From NCBI RefSeq assembly GCF_963921235.1, contig NC_086097.1, forward strand, positions 246,576,001-246,640,000: 64,000 nucleotides of DNA, read 5' to 3'. Source of the DNA: Mobula hypostoma (lineage: Eukaryota). Numbering within the stretch: the first letter of the stretch is position 1; each line of letters opens with the position of its first letter. The translations under genes and the position numbers were made by a program. Positions 52,801 to 64,000 of this stretch are shown piece by piece. The notes beneath the pieces were generated by a model. That model made no database searches and was not told the DNA's origin. It saw only the letters and a program-made list of their open reading frames with translations.

Positions 52801-54640
52801 ATGCTGGCATTCATAGCAAGAGGATTCGAGTACAGGAGCAGGGACGTACTACTGCAGTTGTACAAGGCCTTGGTGAGACCACACCTGGAGTATTGTGTGC
52901 AGTTTTGGTCCCCTAATCTGAGGAAAGACATCTTTGCCATAGAGGGAGTACAAAGAAGGTTCACCAGATTGATTCCTGGGATGGCGGGGCTTTCATATGA
53001 AGAAAGACTGGATGAATTGGGCTTGTACTCGTTGGAATTTAGAAGATTGAGGGGGGATCTGATTGAAATGTATAAGATCCTAAAGGGATTGGACAGGCTA
53101 GATGCAGGAAGATTGTTTCCGATGTTGGGGAAGTCCAGAACGAGGGGTCACAGTTTGAAGATAGAGGGGAAGCCTTTTAGGACCGAGATTAGGAAAAACT
53201 TCTTCACACAGAGAGTGGTGAATCTGTGGAATTCTCTGCCACAGGAAACAGTTGAGGCCAGTTCATTGGCTATATTTAAGAGGGAGTTAGATATGGCCCT
53301 TGTGGCTACGGGGGTCAGGGGGTATGGAGGGAAGGCTGGGGCGGGGTTCTGAGTTGGATGATCAGCCATGATCATAATAAATGGCGGTGCAGGCTCGAAG
53401 GGCCGAATGGCCTATTCCTGCCCCTATTTTCTATGTTTCTATATCCAACTAAGAAGTGATACTGGAGAAAAGTTAACTCCTGTGGATATGACTTTCATAA
53501 AAGTGAAACACAACAAACAAGCCACATTGTGGAAAAAAACAGGAAGACCAGCATTGTGGGGCTGCGATTGGCTGAAACATGACACAAGATCCATCCGCCA
53601 TTTGCATGCCACATCCCCTGTAAGAGAGTCAACTGAAAGCAAATTAATAAAGGTACTGGATAATGCCACAGCAGTATTCGAGGATGGCACTGGAAAATTT
53701 CAACATAAAGCAGTGTTAAATAAAAATGCCACACCCATGTTTTACAAAGTCGTTCCAGTTCCTTATATAATCCATGATAAAGTAGCCAGTGAATTGGATC
53801 GCATGGAAGCTAAAACAATACTTTCCAAGGTTGAGTGGAGCCCATGAGCAATGTCAGTAGTCCTAGTAGTCTAGAAAAATGGGTCTGTCAGAATCTGTGG
53901 TGATTTTAAAGTCACTATCAACCCAGAACTTAAAGTAGATCAATATCCTCTGCCCAGAATAGAAGACATCTTTGCAAACCTTTCTGGAGGAAAACACTTC
54001 AGCAAAATGGAGATAGCTGAGGTTTTCCTGTAGACAGAGTTGGAAGAAGAGTCCAAAGTGCTTCTCACCATAAACACTCACAAAGGGCTTTATTGTTATA
54101 ATAGGCTTATTTCTGGAGTAGCAGCGGCACCTGCACTCCAGCAGAAAAATACGGACCAGGTGCTACAAGACTGTCCAGGTACTCAGGGTTACCAAAATGT
54201 CATCATCTGGTAAGGATGAGAAGGAGAATCTCCAAAACCTCAGAACGTGTTAAAAAAGATTAGAAGATTATGGGCTCAGAGCATGATGCAACAAGTATGA
54301 ATTCTTTAAACCAAGCATTATTTACTGTGGTCACACTGTTGACGCACAAGGATTACACACGGGTGCTGAGAAATGTCAAACAGTGGTAGATGCCCCAAGG
54401 CAAAGGGACGTGTCACAGTTGTGGTCTGTTTTGGATTTGTCAACTATTATAGTCGGTTCCTACCAAACCTGGCTACTGTGCTCCACCTCTTGAACTCTTT
54501 ACCTCTCCAGAACAGGAAGAAATGGCAATGGACAACACAGTGTGAGGTGGCTTTTCAAAAGGCAAAGGAGATGGTGTGTCAGACAAAGTACTCACACATA
54601 ATGATCCACATCTTCCAGTGAAGCTTGCCTGTGATGCCTC
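49818..54640 (+). mobile_element. Decayed Ty3/Gypsy LTR retrotransposon (probable 5' LTR, gag, protease, RT, start of RNase H), 3'-truncated
   Basis: gag ORF 50237-50587 (LRSL..P.KP..F..Q..G.SI..YVAELKKL..C.FG) and CCHC remnants at about 50808-50895. MEL(D>V)TGSAVSVI, GSVRICGDFKVTINP..YPLPRIEDIF and LACDAS. LTR-like unit ends TAACA at 50030. Confidence 0.88.
51202..53442 (+). mobile_element. CR1 subfamily A, longest copy, 670-aa open ORF2 (linker plus RT)
   Basis: ORF 51340-53352 with KSPGPDG, YLDFQKAFD and FADDTKL. Inserted in the Gypsy protease region (AD|IQLR). Confidence 0.95.
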
Positions 54641-54994
54641 TACAGTGGTGTACAAGAGCGTGTCAGAACACACAGCAGGTTGAATCCTGAAGTGCCTAGG
54701 CTACAGCAGCAGAAGACTACTCCGTGGCCACTTTATCAGGTACACGAAGAACCTAATAAAGAGGCTGCTGTGTGTATTGTCTTACTTAATGTAATTTTTG
54801 AAACTTTTCAATGGTACAGGAGCCAAACCTGCCAAGTATGAAGTTGTCACAAACAATAAATGTTCTGGTGAGAAGGGAACAACTCAAATATAAAACTAAG
54901 TCACAGGAGCAAGAGTAGGCCATTTGCCCCTTGTGCTGGCTCAGTTATGACTAATCTCAGTGCCTCTTTCCTGCACTAACGCCATATCCCTTAA

Positions 54995-57760
54995 TACGTA
55001 GACAGACTGACTAGTGGAGAGGCCATAATGGATCTGGTGCTAGGCCATCAACCATGTCAGGTGTGAGATCTCTCAGTGGGTGAGTATTTCAGAGACAGTG
55101 ACCACAACTCCCTGACTTTAATCATAGCCTTGGACAGGAATAGCAGCTGCTTCATTGGTTCTTCGGAAAGACCAATAGCGGGGGAGCAGCGTGGCCTTGG
55201 TTATTGTGTGGACCACGACCTCATGCTACAGCATCAACTGTTACAGTCACCCTGGGGAGGATATGCCAAGAGCAGCGTGGGAGAGAACTGAGGCGTCACA
55301 GGCATGCTAGAATCCATGTTCTCCAGTTTTCATGTCCTGGAAGACAAGCTGCAATAGCATCATCTGCAGCTGAGTCAGGTGAAATGAGGAACTGCTACGT
55401 GCTTGTTCTTGAATAAGCGCGGCTCCAGGACAACGTACCCTTTGCCATCAATTCTCAGGCCATGTCACTCAGGGACGTGTGCTAATATCTTTTAGTGACA
55501 GTATGTGTTATCATAACCATATGTGCTGGCTTTGATTATATGCTTTGTAGCCTAGCCCCAGAGGAACACTGTACACATGCGTATATGGATGAATGACAAT
55601 TAAACTTGAACTTGAAGATTTAAGTGGGAGAGGTGGAATTATGATTTGGTGGCGGGGTGGAGATGCACCTCTACCAGATCACCTTTGGGCAAGGTGTAGT
55701 ACCTGCTTAGTCCCTACTCCCCAGTCAGAGTCACATGAAGCCACAGGAGCAGGAGGTGGATGGTCGTATGAGCAGTTGATGCATATCATAAGTCCTGGTT
55801 ATGTGAGCACTGACGCCAGGCAGACAATCTCTGAAGAGTATTAATAATGGCTGGGGTCACCCATCTTGTAAAGACACTGCCCAGAAGAAGGCAATGGCAA
55901 ATCACTTCTGTAGAAAAATTTGCCAAGGACAATTATGGTTATGAATAGAGGAAAGACCATGATCGCCATGTCATACGACAAGGCATATAATGATGATGAT
56001 GATGATTACATTGGAATACTGATGCTATTAGGCAGGAACTTTGGAGCATAAATTGGGACAGTTGTACTCAGGGAAATGCACAACAGACACGTGGAGGTTA
56101 TTTAGGGAGCATTTGTTTGGGGTTCCGGATTGTTTTGTCCCAGGGAAGCAGGGAAAGGGTGGTGGAGTGAAAAAATCGTGGTTGACAAGAGATGTGGAAC
56201 ATCTGGTCAAGAGGAAGAAAGAAACTTACCTAAGGTTTAGGAAGCAAGGACCAGAAAGAGCTCTAGAAAGTTATAAACTAAGCAGGGATGAGCTTAAGAT
56301 GGATTTGGGAAAGTTAGAAGGGGGTGTGAGGCGGCCTTGGCGAGAAGGATTAAGGAAAACCCCGGTGTTCTATACATATGTGAAAAAAAGAGGATGACCA
56401 GAGTGAAGGTATGGCCGATCTGGGATAGAAAAGGAAACATATACCTGGATTTAGAGGATTTCAATATTCACTAGTGAGAGGGATCTTGACATTTCTAAGG
56501 ACAGTGTAAAGCACACTGATATGCTGGAGCAAGTTGACATTAAGAAAGAGCATGTGCTGGAACCTTTGAAAATATTATTACAGTTAAGTCCCTGGGGCCA
56601 GATGGGATATACTACCAGTTACTACGGGAAGTGAGGGAAAAGATTGCTGATGAGCTTTGTGTCTTCACTGGCCGCAGCAGTAACACCAAATGATTGGAGG
56701 GTGGGAAATGTTATATCATTGTTCTAGAAAGGGGATAGGATAACCCTAGGAATTATAGAGCAGAGAGTCTTATTTCAGTGGTGGCGAATTATTGCAGAAG
56801 ATTCTTAGAGACACAATTTACTAATATTTGCAAAGCGTCGCCTGATTAGTTATTGTCAGCATGGCTTTGTGAGGGACAGGACATACTTCACGAGACTGAT
56901 TGAATTCCTCAAAGATGTGACAAAGCACATTGATGAAGGTAGAGCAGTAGATGTTGTATATCTGTGGTTAAGAAGGCATACAGTGCATTGGCCTTCATCA
57001 ACCGTGGAATTGAATTTAAGAACTGAGAGGTAATGTTGCAGCTATATAGGACCCTGGTCAGACCCCACTTGGAGTACTGTGCTCAGTTCTGGTCGCCTCA
57101 CTACAGGAAGGATGTGGAAACCATAGAAAAGGTGCAGAGGAGATTTACAAGGATGTTGGCTGGATTGGGGAGTATGCCTTATGAAAACAAGTTGAGTAAA
57201 CTCGGCCTTTTCTCCTTGGAACGACGGAGGATGAGAGGTGACCTGATAGAGGTGTATAAGATGATGAGAGGCATTGATCGTGTGGATGTCAGAGGCTTTT
57301 TCCCAGGGCTGAAATGGCTACCACAAGAGGGCACAGGTTTAAGGTGCTTGGGAGTAGGTACAGAGGAGATGTTAGGGGTAAGTTTTTTACGCAGAGAGTG
57401 GCAAGTGTGTGGAATGGGCTGCCGGCAACAGTGGTGGAGGCGGACACAATAGGGTTTTTTAAGAGACTTTTGGATAGGTACATGGAGCTTAGAAAAATAG
57501 AGGGTTATGGGTAACCCTAGTAATTTCTAAGGTAGGGACATGTTCAGCACAACTTTGTGAGCCGAAGGGCCTGTAGTGTGCCGTAGGTTTTCTATGCTTA
57601 TATGGATTTCAGTAAGGCATTGATAAGGTTCTTCATTCATTATTCAGGAGGCTATGTGGATACAGAATTGCTGTGGTTTCAGCCTGAAGGTCAGTGGCCA
57701 GTGGTTTTCTGCAGGGGTCTGTTCTGAGACTACTGTTCTTTGTGATTCTTATGAATGACA
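54995..57760 (+). mobile_element. Old CR1 broken by family X, an RTE-related SINE and a CR1-B 3' end (56962-57600)
   Basis: DLVL..SDH remnant. DVVY|MDFSKA is interrupted by the younger copy. Confidence 0.75.
55620..56007 (+). mobile_element. RTE/BovB-related non-autonomous element
   Basis: GAAGGCAATGGCAAA.CACT motif (BovA-like) and (TGA)n tail. Confidence 0.6.
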
Positions 57761-58859
57761 ACTTCCATGACTGGAGATATGAATGACTGTTTCAGTTGAT
57801 TACTTTTCAGTAGATTGGAAGATGAGGTGCCAACATATCTGGGATTCATTCAAGAAGCCTAAGAAACAAAATTCAGGGAGGTCATTGTGAGAAAGTATAA
57901 TTATAGTATCTGATGTTCAAGTTTATGTTTTTAATGAAATCATTTTCAAGGCTAGCAGAAATTCAAAAGAAAGATGTCATCGAGAGTCAGGGAGCACCAG
58001 AGTACAGAAATAGGCCCTTTGGCCCATCTACTCAAAGTTCAAAGTAAACATTAATAAAGTACATGCATGCCACTATAGTATCTTGCGATTCATTTTCTTG
58101 CAGGAATTCACAATAGAAGACAGAAATACTACAGAATCAATGAAAAATTATACAGAAATGACAAATAACAAATGTGCAAAAGAAGATAAATGTGCAAATA
58201 CAAAAAAAAAATACTGAGAACATGAGTTGTAGAGTCCTTGAAGGTTATAGAACCAGTTCAGACTTTGCTGAAGTTATCCATGTTGGTTCTGTGCCGAATG
58301 TCTATCACCTTTTTTAGAACAACTAGCAGTGGGCAATCAATAACTATAAGCAGACAATAAACATATAAAATGTTGCAAGAAACTGCTCATTGGTTGTTTT
58401 GCAATGAATTATCTAATCAACTCTCACTCTCCTACTGATCTAGGGATGGTTGAATGTCCCAAAAACAATTAAGCATATTGCAATACACAAACACGTCATT
58501 AGCCTTTCATTAAGTTAGTGCAGTGCTGCAATTAAACCCACTGAATTTCATCACCTCTGCCACTCGTCTAAAGCAAACTATACACCCTACTCTTAATTAA
58601 GAGTTATTTCAATTCACAAAATGACAGTAAAATCAAGACAACACCCAATCTGATCAGTCGGGCACACAAGGGGCACAGCTCTAAAAGCACCCGATTATTC
58701 ATCACAATGTACAATGATTCATCAATACCATGCAACTAACTGCATTATTATCTGTGGGCGAGACGATTCTTAAAAATGTAAGCGTTAAAAAGCGAAGGTC
58801 TGTGAAAGTGAAGTTCAATCTATTATCCCAGTCACTGCACTGTAAACACTTTAAACTAA

Positions 58860-59152
58860 TTCTTATAATTGTTGTTTGCGTCTTATAATTGAGATACAGC
58901 GTGTATTACGCCCTTCTGGCCTTCCGAGCCATGCCACACTGCAACCCCCGATTTAACCCTAGCCTAGACAATTTACAACGACCAATTAACCTACCAACTG
59001 GTGTATCTTTGGACTTTGGGAGGAAACTGGAGCACCTGGAGGACACTCACACAGTCACAGTAGGAACGTATGAACTCCTGACAAGCAGCAGCGAGAATTG
59101 AACCTGGGTCACAGATACAGTTAAGTGTTGCACTAACCACTATGCTACCATG
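58860..59152 (-). mobile_element. V-SINE
   Basis: Reverse V-domain and tRNA-like head. Confidence 0.72.
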
Positions 59153-60003
59153 CAATCTCTATTTTAAATAACCGCTGGTATTTATGTATTTCTGCATATT
59201 TTATTCCATATATGTACTTCTAGTTTCCTGTAAACTGCATAGTGTGGAGATGTGCAGTAACTAAAACGTTCCCATGGCACGTAGCCTTTGTTGTCGCACA
59301 GCTAGAATTTTCTTTTATATAATGTTAAAATCATTTTGAAATTATGCGAATATAATTTTGATATCTATGTTAATATAATTGTGAAATACCCTGTAATTAA
59401 TTATGTGCTAATGCATATAATGCATAAATCTACTAAATAATAAATGTAGCATAACATTAACTTGGAAACATTTTAGAGCTTCAACATATTTACATTGTCA
59501 GTTTTTTAAGTTACAAAACTGTTATAAATTGCAACAATAAACACAGAAGGGAAGTTGGTAGCTCATTCTTAATGAACTGCTAGTCCGCTGAATGCAGGCG
59601 TCGTCTAGTCAATATTCAGAGTATGCATATTAAAAAATAACATTTAAAATACTGCGCAGTTTTCAGGCAGTCTAAAACCTTCCTGCTCAGAGCAATAGTT
59701 GGTCCTCGCAGCTATAAAAAATTAGAGGGATTATTTCTTCTAACTTTTTTTTATATAATTCTTATTTTTGTATAATTGTTGAATGCTGCCATCTTTTGTT
59801 GCATGTCATGCCAACAGTTGAATCATAGATCTGTGATCTTTGTAAAAGCAAATATATCCAGGACCAGACAGCACATTGTATTACTGCTGATCTCAGTAAG
59901 TATTGACCCAACAGCAGTGGTCCCTACTACACTTTCCGCTTTGGCCTACCAAAAAGAATAATATGAAGTTTTACAGCAACTGAATTTAAAAGATAAAATG
60001 TAC

Positions 60004-60095
60004 CTCTGGACCAGTAATGTGCATAAGGCCAGACACAGCACAGGCTACTGAATCATAACCGGCACGCTGGGACATTGGGCCAGTTTGTCCATAAC
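60004..60095 (-). CDS. SUGCT: Internal coding exon (92 nt) of succinyl-CoA:glutarate CoA-transferase
   Basis: Minus strand reads ttgtgtttgatgtag|GTTATGGA...GGTCCAGAG|gtacat. Translates (G)[30 protein letters not shown], the class III CoA-transferase GYGxxGP..GYD segment, as I recall it from vertebrate SUGCT. Ends in phase 0. Confidence 0.95.
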
Positions 60096-60269
60096 CTACA
60101 TCAAACACAAGAATATAACGTGTAAAGATTAATGCATTGAAAAGAACAAACCCAGCTAAACAATATCAGAGTCACAGACACGAAGTTTCTCATTTTTCAT
60201 GTCAACTGATGTTTACATCATTTAGTGTCCTGAGTAACTGCTGCAGCTTTCCCAAAGTGATAAAGAATA

Positions 60270-60862
60270 TAGAGAAAGCAGGATCTCCCAGTGGCCACAC
60301 ATTTTAATTCCACGTCCCATTCCCATTCGGATATGTCCATCCACGGCCTCCTCTACTGTAAAGATGAAGCCACACTCAGGTTGGAGGAACAACACCTTAT
60401 ATTCTGTCTGGGTAGCCTCCAACCTGATGGCATGAACATTGACTTCTCTAACTTCCGTTAATGCCTAACCTCCCCTCCGTACCCCATCCCTTATTTATTT
60501 ATATACACACATTCTTTCTCTCTGTCTCTCTCCTTTTTCTCCCTCTGTCCCTCTCACTATACCCCTTGCCCATCCTCTGGGTTTCCCCCCCTCCCCCTTT
60601 TCCTTTTCCCTGGGCCTCCTGTACCATGATCCTCTCGTATCCCTTTTGCCAATCACCTGTCCAGCTCTTGGCTCCATCCCTCCCCCTCCTGTCTTCTCCT
60701 ATCATTTTGGATCTCCCCCTCCCCCTTCCACTTTCAAATCTCTTACTAGTTCTTCCTTCGGTTAGTCCTGACGAAGGGTCTCGGCCCGAAACGTCGACTG
60801 CACCTCTTCCTAGAGATGCTGCCTGGCCTGCTGTGTTCACCAGCAACTTTGATGTGTGTTGC
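60270..60862 (+). mobile_element. Penelope-like element 3' end
   Basis: HFNSTSHSHSDMSIHGLLYC..LQPDGMN plus terminal repeat. Confidence 0.9.
60764..60799 (+). ncRNA. Minimal type I hammerhead ribozyme motif in PLE terminal repeat
   Basis: AGTC-CTGACGA-A-GGG-TCTCGG-CCC-GAAA-C-GTC-GACT. Confidence 0.75.
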
Positions 60863-60892
60863 ACTCTTTAATTTACAGTCAAGAACCTTTGA

Positions 60893-61585
60893 ACACTCAA
60901 TGGCCACTTAATTCAGTACATAAAAATGCAGTAGCCACTTTATTGGGTACATAAACACTCAGTGGCCAGTTTATTAAGTATCCCTTGTACCTAATAAAGT
61001 GGCCAATGAGTATATGTTCATGCTCTTCTGCTGCTATAGCCTATCCACTTCAAGGTTCATTGTGCTGTGTGTTCAGAGTTGCCTTTCCACACACCACTGC
61101 TGTAATGCGTGGCTATATGAGCTACCATCACCCTCCTGTCAGCTTGAACCAGTCTGGCCCCTCTCATTCACAAGGCATTTTCACCCATAGAACTGCTGCT
61201 CACTAAATGTTTTTTTTTAATTTTCATACAATCTTAAGAGACTGCTGTGCATGAAAATCCCAGGAGATCAGCAATTTCTAAGTTACTCAAATGACATCCT
61301 CTGGCACCAACAATCATTGCTCGGTCAAAGTCACTTAGATTACATCACATTTCTCAAGCAAGAACCCTTCCATAGATGCTGCCTGGCCTGCTGAGTTCCG
61401 GCCAGCATTTTGTGTGTGTAGATCGCATTTCTTCCCATTCTGCCATTTGGGTTGAACAACAACTGAATCTTTTGACAAGCCTGCATACTTTTATGCATTG
61501 AGTTGCTGCCACACGATTGGCTGATTAGATAATTGCATTAATGAGCAGGTCTACAGATGTACCTAATAAAATGGCCACTGAGTTA
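60893..61585 (-). mobile_element. Tc1-like non-autonomous element with reiterated TIR copies
   Basis: Several CACTCAGTGGCCA.TTTATT units at 60893-61010 and GTACCTAATAAAATGGCCACTGAG at about 61559-61582. Confidence 0.75.
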
Positions 61586-61944
61586 TAAATTGTGCTTTAA
61601 TTTAAAGAACCTTTATATAATGATTTGAAAATAACTTGCAATTAAAAAATAGACATATTTTTCTTCACCTATCTTTATCAGAATATATATAGCACTCAGT
61701 TCTCTCCGGTTCCAAGAAGACCAGATGGCATGAGAAGAGAAGTTGGTATTTAAATGTTGTGGTGTGAAAGATGGTTAAAAAAAGGACATATGAAGAGAAT
61801 GAGAATTTAATTCAATTAGTGGATATAAGGAAAAAATCGTTGATATCTGATTGGATATTCTTTGCGAATTTCAAAATAGCAAATAGTTAAGACAACAAAG
61901 TTCACAAAAAACATGAAATTATTTTTTTTAGAAACCTTAAAAAT

Positions 61945-62240
61945 TAGCTTTATTTATCACAAGTAAATTGAAAAGTACAGGGAAATATGTTGGTTTGCTT
62001 CAAATCAAGTCAGAGGATGTGCTGAGCAGACCACAAGCTTTGCCAACATAGCATGCCCAAACTCACTGACCCTAACCCGTACACCGCTGGAATTTGGGAG
62101 GACACCGAACCACCCAGAAGAACCCCCATGCAGTCACAGGGACAGCGTACAAACTTTTACAGGCAGCACCAGGATTTCAACCCCAATCTTACATCTCGTC
62201 TTGTAAAGTGTTATGCTATGCCCTACTCTACCTTGCCGAC
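61945..62240 (-). mobile_element. Degenerate V-SINE
   Basis: Reverse V-domain remnant. Confidence 0.55.
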
Positions 62241-62664
62241 CATATCTCCTATTGTTTCCTCTTAACTTTCTTGCCTCACATCAGGACATAAAAGTGTTTT
62301 TTTAATATCTTTGTATTTATTTTCCAGGTCAAAAATTGATAGATATCAAAGACACACACTATATTTGGTTTTTAAATGCCTTTATATGGGCCTAGCTTTC
62401 CCTGGGGTTCCTTCAAAGGCAATGGAGTAACTATGACTCATCTCACTTGGCCTCCTGCTAAATTTCCTGAAGGGAATAACATGTTGGGAGAAGACCTGAA
62501 GAGGCAGATTTAGTCTCCTTTCAGATTAGAGCTTACGAGATGGGCAGACAACAAAAAGACAAAAATACAGCACTTCATTTTCAAGTTTCAGCAACAGCAA
62601 GAAATGATAAACGATGTCCAGAAATAATAAACAACGTCTATTATTGCTAACATATACATGGACA

Positions 62665-63890
62665 TGTCAAAGTTCAAGGTATGTATATGTCACCATATAC
62701 TGCCTTGAGATTCATTTTCTTGCAGGCATTCACAGTAGATCAAAGAAAACATAATAGAATCAATGAAAAGCTACTCACAGACAAAGACTGTGAAATAACT
62801 AACATGCAAAGGAAGATATATTACATCCTGGGTCCAGCACATAAGTGCCATTACAAAGTATCATGGCAGTGCCGCTACTTTCTTAGAAGTTTGAAAAGAT
62901 ACAGCATATCACCTAAAACTTTGATAGATGTACAATGGAGAGTATACTGACTGGTTGCATGACAGCCTCGTATGGAAACACCAATGCCTTTGAATGGAAA
63001 ACCCTACAAAAAGTAATGGATGCAGCCCAGTCCGTCACAGGTAAGGCCCTCCCCACCATTCAGTTCGTCTATAAGGAGCACTGTCTCAGGAAAGCAACAT
63101 AATCAAGGACCCCCACCATCCAGGCCATGCTCTCTTCGCACCACTGCCATCAGGAAGGAGGTACAAGAATCTCAGGACCCACACCACAGGGTTCAGGAAC
63201 AGTTACTACCACTCTACCATCAGGCCCTAGAGCCAGAGGGATAACTTCACTCATTTGCAGTTTGTTGCCTTTTGCACCTTGTGTGCGGTTCTTCATTGAT
63301 TCTGTTTCTTTGTACTTACTGAGAATGCCCACAAGAAAATGAACCTCATGGTTGTGACATATAGGCACCTTGAGAATGTTTACTTTGAACTTTGAAATAA
63401 ATATTAGTGAGAACATGAGCTGTAGAGTCCTTGAAAGTGAATCTGTAGAATCAGAATCAGGTTTAATATCATCAACACATGTTGTGAACTTTTGTAACTT
63501 AGCGGCAGCAGTAGAATGCAATACATGATAATATAGAAAATAAGTAAATAAATTACTGTGTGTGTGTGTGTATGTATATATACTGTATATAAATAGAGGG
63601 GAAGAAGCTGTTCTTGAATCACTGAGTGTGTGCCTTCAGGCTTCTGTACCTCCCTGTACCTCCTTCCTGATGGTATGTCCTCAGTGATGGGGATCCTTAA
63701 TGAGAGACTCCACCTTCTTGAGGCACCATTCCTTGAAGATGTCCTAGATGTTATGGAGGCTGGTGCCCATTGTGGAGCTGACTAATTTTACAACTTTCTG
63801 CAGTTTACCTTGATCTTTTGCAGTAGACCCCCCAACACCGCCCCCACCCCCATACCCCCATACCAGATGGTGATGCAGCCAGTTAGACAG
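62665..63890. mobile_element. Cluster of Rex1-type 3' fragments in both orientations
   Basis: LPSGRRYKNLRTHTT.FRNSYY (plus, about 62820-63245) and related minus pieces with TACTTTGAAC tails. Confidence 0.7.
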
Positions 63891-64000
63891 TGAGAAGACA
63901 GCCTAGCCTGGATGGATGATGAATTAACATTTGCACTAATTCCTAAGCACAATTTGCTCTCAGGGGAATTTTACCTCAGTCTGCCTCTGGTATGATCTTC

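Larger units (their letters stand above)
26676..60003 (-). other. SUGCT: 33.3-kb GT-AG intron of SUGCT, largely filled by transposable elements
   Basis: Bounded by GT (60003-60002) and AG (26677-26676) between two consecutive in-frame exons. Confidence 0.88.

Noticed and set aside
51340..53352. 670-aa ORF as a host gene
   Set aside because: It is CR1 ORF2, multi-copy and inserted in a Gypsy element.
63945..64000. Donor-like GAG|GTAAAA on minus as the upstream SUGCT exon
   Set aside because: No frame gives the expected IIYCSIT ending.

Overview
Eukaryotic, repeat-dense vertebrate DNA, most likely from a cartilaginous fish. That assignment is inferred from HE1/V-type SINEs and abundant CR1, Rex1 and Penelope families. 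The window lies inside a large minus-strand host gene. Two small coding exons, both missed by the ORF track, are at 60004-60095 and 26532-26675. They splice in frame to [79 protein letters not shown], which I recognise as SUGCT (class III CoA-transferase). Almost everything else is nested transposon debris: several CR1 LINE subfamilies (one young, with a 670-aa open RT frame), two L1-clade pieces, Rex1/Babar LINEs, Penelope-like elements (PLEs) with GIY-YIG domains, a Gypsy element, a solo LTR, Tigger/pogo, Tc1 and Harbinger-like DNA transposons, and SINEs. The most interesting signal is a minimal type I hammerhead ribozyme motif in the terminal repeat of five PLE copies, three of them sense to the SUGCT pre-mRNA. 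Also notable are multi-level insertion stacks with readable target-site duplications (TSDs), a composite mini-Tc1 unit, and candidate regulatory islands. I found no clear, wholly new multi-gene system. CR1-A/B/C, Rex1 'family 2' and 'family X' are my own working labels. Repeat boundaries without a TSD are approximate.
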